From Nemertoderma westbladi (taxonomy: Eukaryota > Animalia > Xenacoelomorpha), in NCBI GenBank assembly GCA_032718475.1, contig JAUCBJ010006822.1, positions 1 through 64,000 on the forward strand: 64,000 nucleotides of DNA, given 5' to 3'. The translations under genes and the position numbers were made by a program. The notes under the pieces are model-generated. The model saw only the letters and a program-made list of their open reading frames with translations, ran no database searches and was not told the origin of the DNA. This document shows, in pieces, positions 62,801 to 64,000 of the stretch. Position 1 is the stretch's first letter. The number at the start of each line of letters is the position of its first letter.

Positions 62801-64000
62801 AGTACTACTTAGATTTAGGAATGGGAAACACGCCTTCACGTGTGACATAGAAGGCATGTTCAACCAAGTCCGAGTAACAGAAGAAGATAGTGACAGTCAA
62901 CGCTTCTTATGGTATAACGGCGAAGAAGAACCGCCGGTAATACCAGCGTATAAGATGGTAGTACAAAATATGGGGGCCAAGTCGTCCTCATTTACGACGA
63001 CTATGGCAGTGAGAGACACGGTAAAGGGCAAGGAAGATAGATATAGCAGTAGGGCCGTCGACATGATCAGACGCGGTTTCTACGTAGACGACGGCATGGA
63101 GTCTGGAAATACGGTTGAGGAGATACTGGAAACAGGGCGCGAGGTTCGCGACATCCTGAAAGGATCCGGCTTCAACCTGACCAAATTCCAATCCAGTTCA
63201 GAAGAATTTATCAGGGAAATAGAAGACAAGAAACCAGAATCGACCATGGACAACCCTACAACAGCCAAAGGACAGGACATGGCGATTAAGAGAACGGAAT
63301 CCCAGCAGAAGGCGTTGGGAATCGTGTGGGATAGAAAAACAGACGAACTGAAGTATCAGCTGAGCCAAGAGGGCGCAGACACCCATACGAAGAGGGGCTA
63401 CGTATCGTATATAGCAAGGATATACGATCCCTTAGGCCTAGCATCCCCATTACTAGTCACGGGGAAACAGATACTCAAGAGAGTATATAAGTTGAAGGAT
63501 GAGTGGGACGTAGAGGTACCAGAAGACATCAAGAAACAGTGGAGCAAATGGACAGGAGACTTGGAGAGGATGGGAACATACAACATGCCGCGAGTGTATT
63601 TCCCGGACGGGAACATGACGAATCTGGACCTACATATGTTCTCCGACGCGTCGTTAGAGGCATACGGAGCGGCACTCTATTTAGTACAACGAGAGGGGCC
63701 TCACAAGCCCAGACTAGCCTTTAGCAAAGCTAAGTCAACGCCGCCAGACTCAGCATCTGTTCCCAAGTTAGAATTGACAGCCGCAAGACTAGGAGTTAGA
63801 GCCACAGCCTACCTAGTGGATACAATTCCCAACATAGTGGAGACACACTACTGGACGGACTCCATGGTAGTGCTTGGTTGGTTACACAACGAAAAGACGA
63901 GGTACCCGATATTCGTCGCGAATAGAGTGGACGAAATAAGGGCGAGCACAGAACTGGAAAGGTGGCACTACTGCCCAACAGACGAGAACCCAGCGGACTT
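59454..64000 (+). CDS. BEL/Pao gag-pol polyprotein, open to the window end and absent from the ORF track
   Basis: Frame +3: PPVEPFKFDG..LKYLQVYTGG (gag, about 60660), CSRCVKSGHKAREC knuckle, LVDSGA protease (61812), YYLPLH..KLRMVVDAS, CDIEGMFNQV, FYVDD (63081), IYDPLG, LHMFSDAS, PKLEL, WTDS, FVANRV, ENPAD. Confidence 0.93.

Larger units (their letters stand above)
56574..64000 (+). mobile_element. BEL/Pao LTR retrotransposon, 3' part outside the window
   Basis: Starts TGTTAGC where the LINE ORF1 similarity stops; followed by gag-PR-RT-RNase H in BEL order. Confidence 0.92.

Noticed and set aside
57276-63978. Many short antisense and alternate-frame ORFs over the BEL element
   Set aside because: Shadows of the long purine-rich sense ORF.

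Overview
Eukaryotic (probably invertebrate) repeat-dense region with no recognisable host gene; almost all of it is transposon-derived. The main feature (7504-44519, about 37 kb) is a head-to-tail array of 25 non-autonomous Helitron2/Helentron-type (HINE/DINE-1-like) elements, plus 2 inverted nested copies and a 12-bp stub. The array is not a homogeneous satellite: at least five element types with two different subterminal-IR 'keys' are joined base-exactly at CTAG|TTAG, about half of the joints link different families, and the closest relatives are often not neighbours. This suggests (inference) a self-targeting cassette array that grows by repeated insertion at element termini. Left flank: a 28-bp tandem repeat, a decayed hAT transposase, a tRNA/Deu-domain SINE and a 5'-truncated LINE with TSD. 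Right flank: LINE and pogo relics, then an APE-RT LINE interrupted by a truncated LINE, a TTAA MITE and a BEL/Pao LTR retrotransposon that runs off the window. All coordinates and counts were read by eye, no database search was run, and family names rest on recognised motifs.
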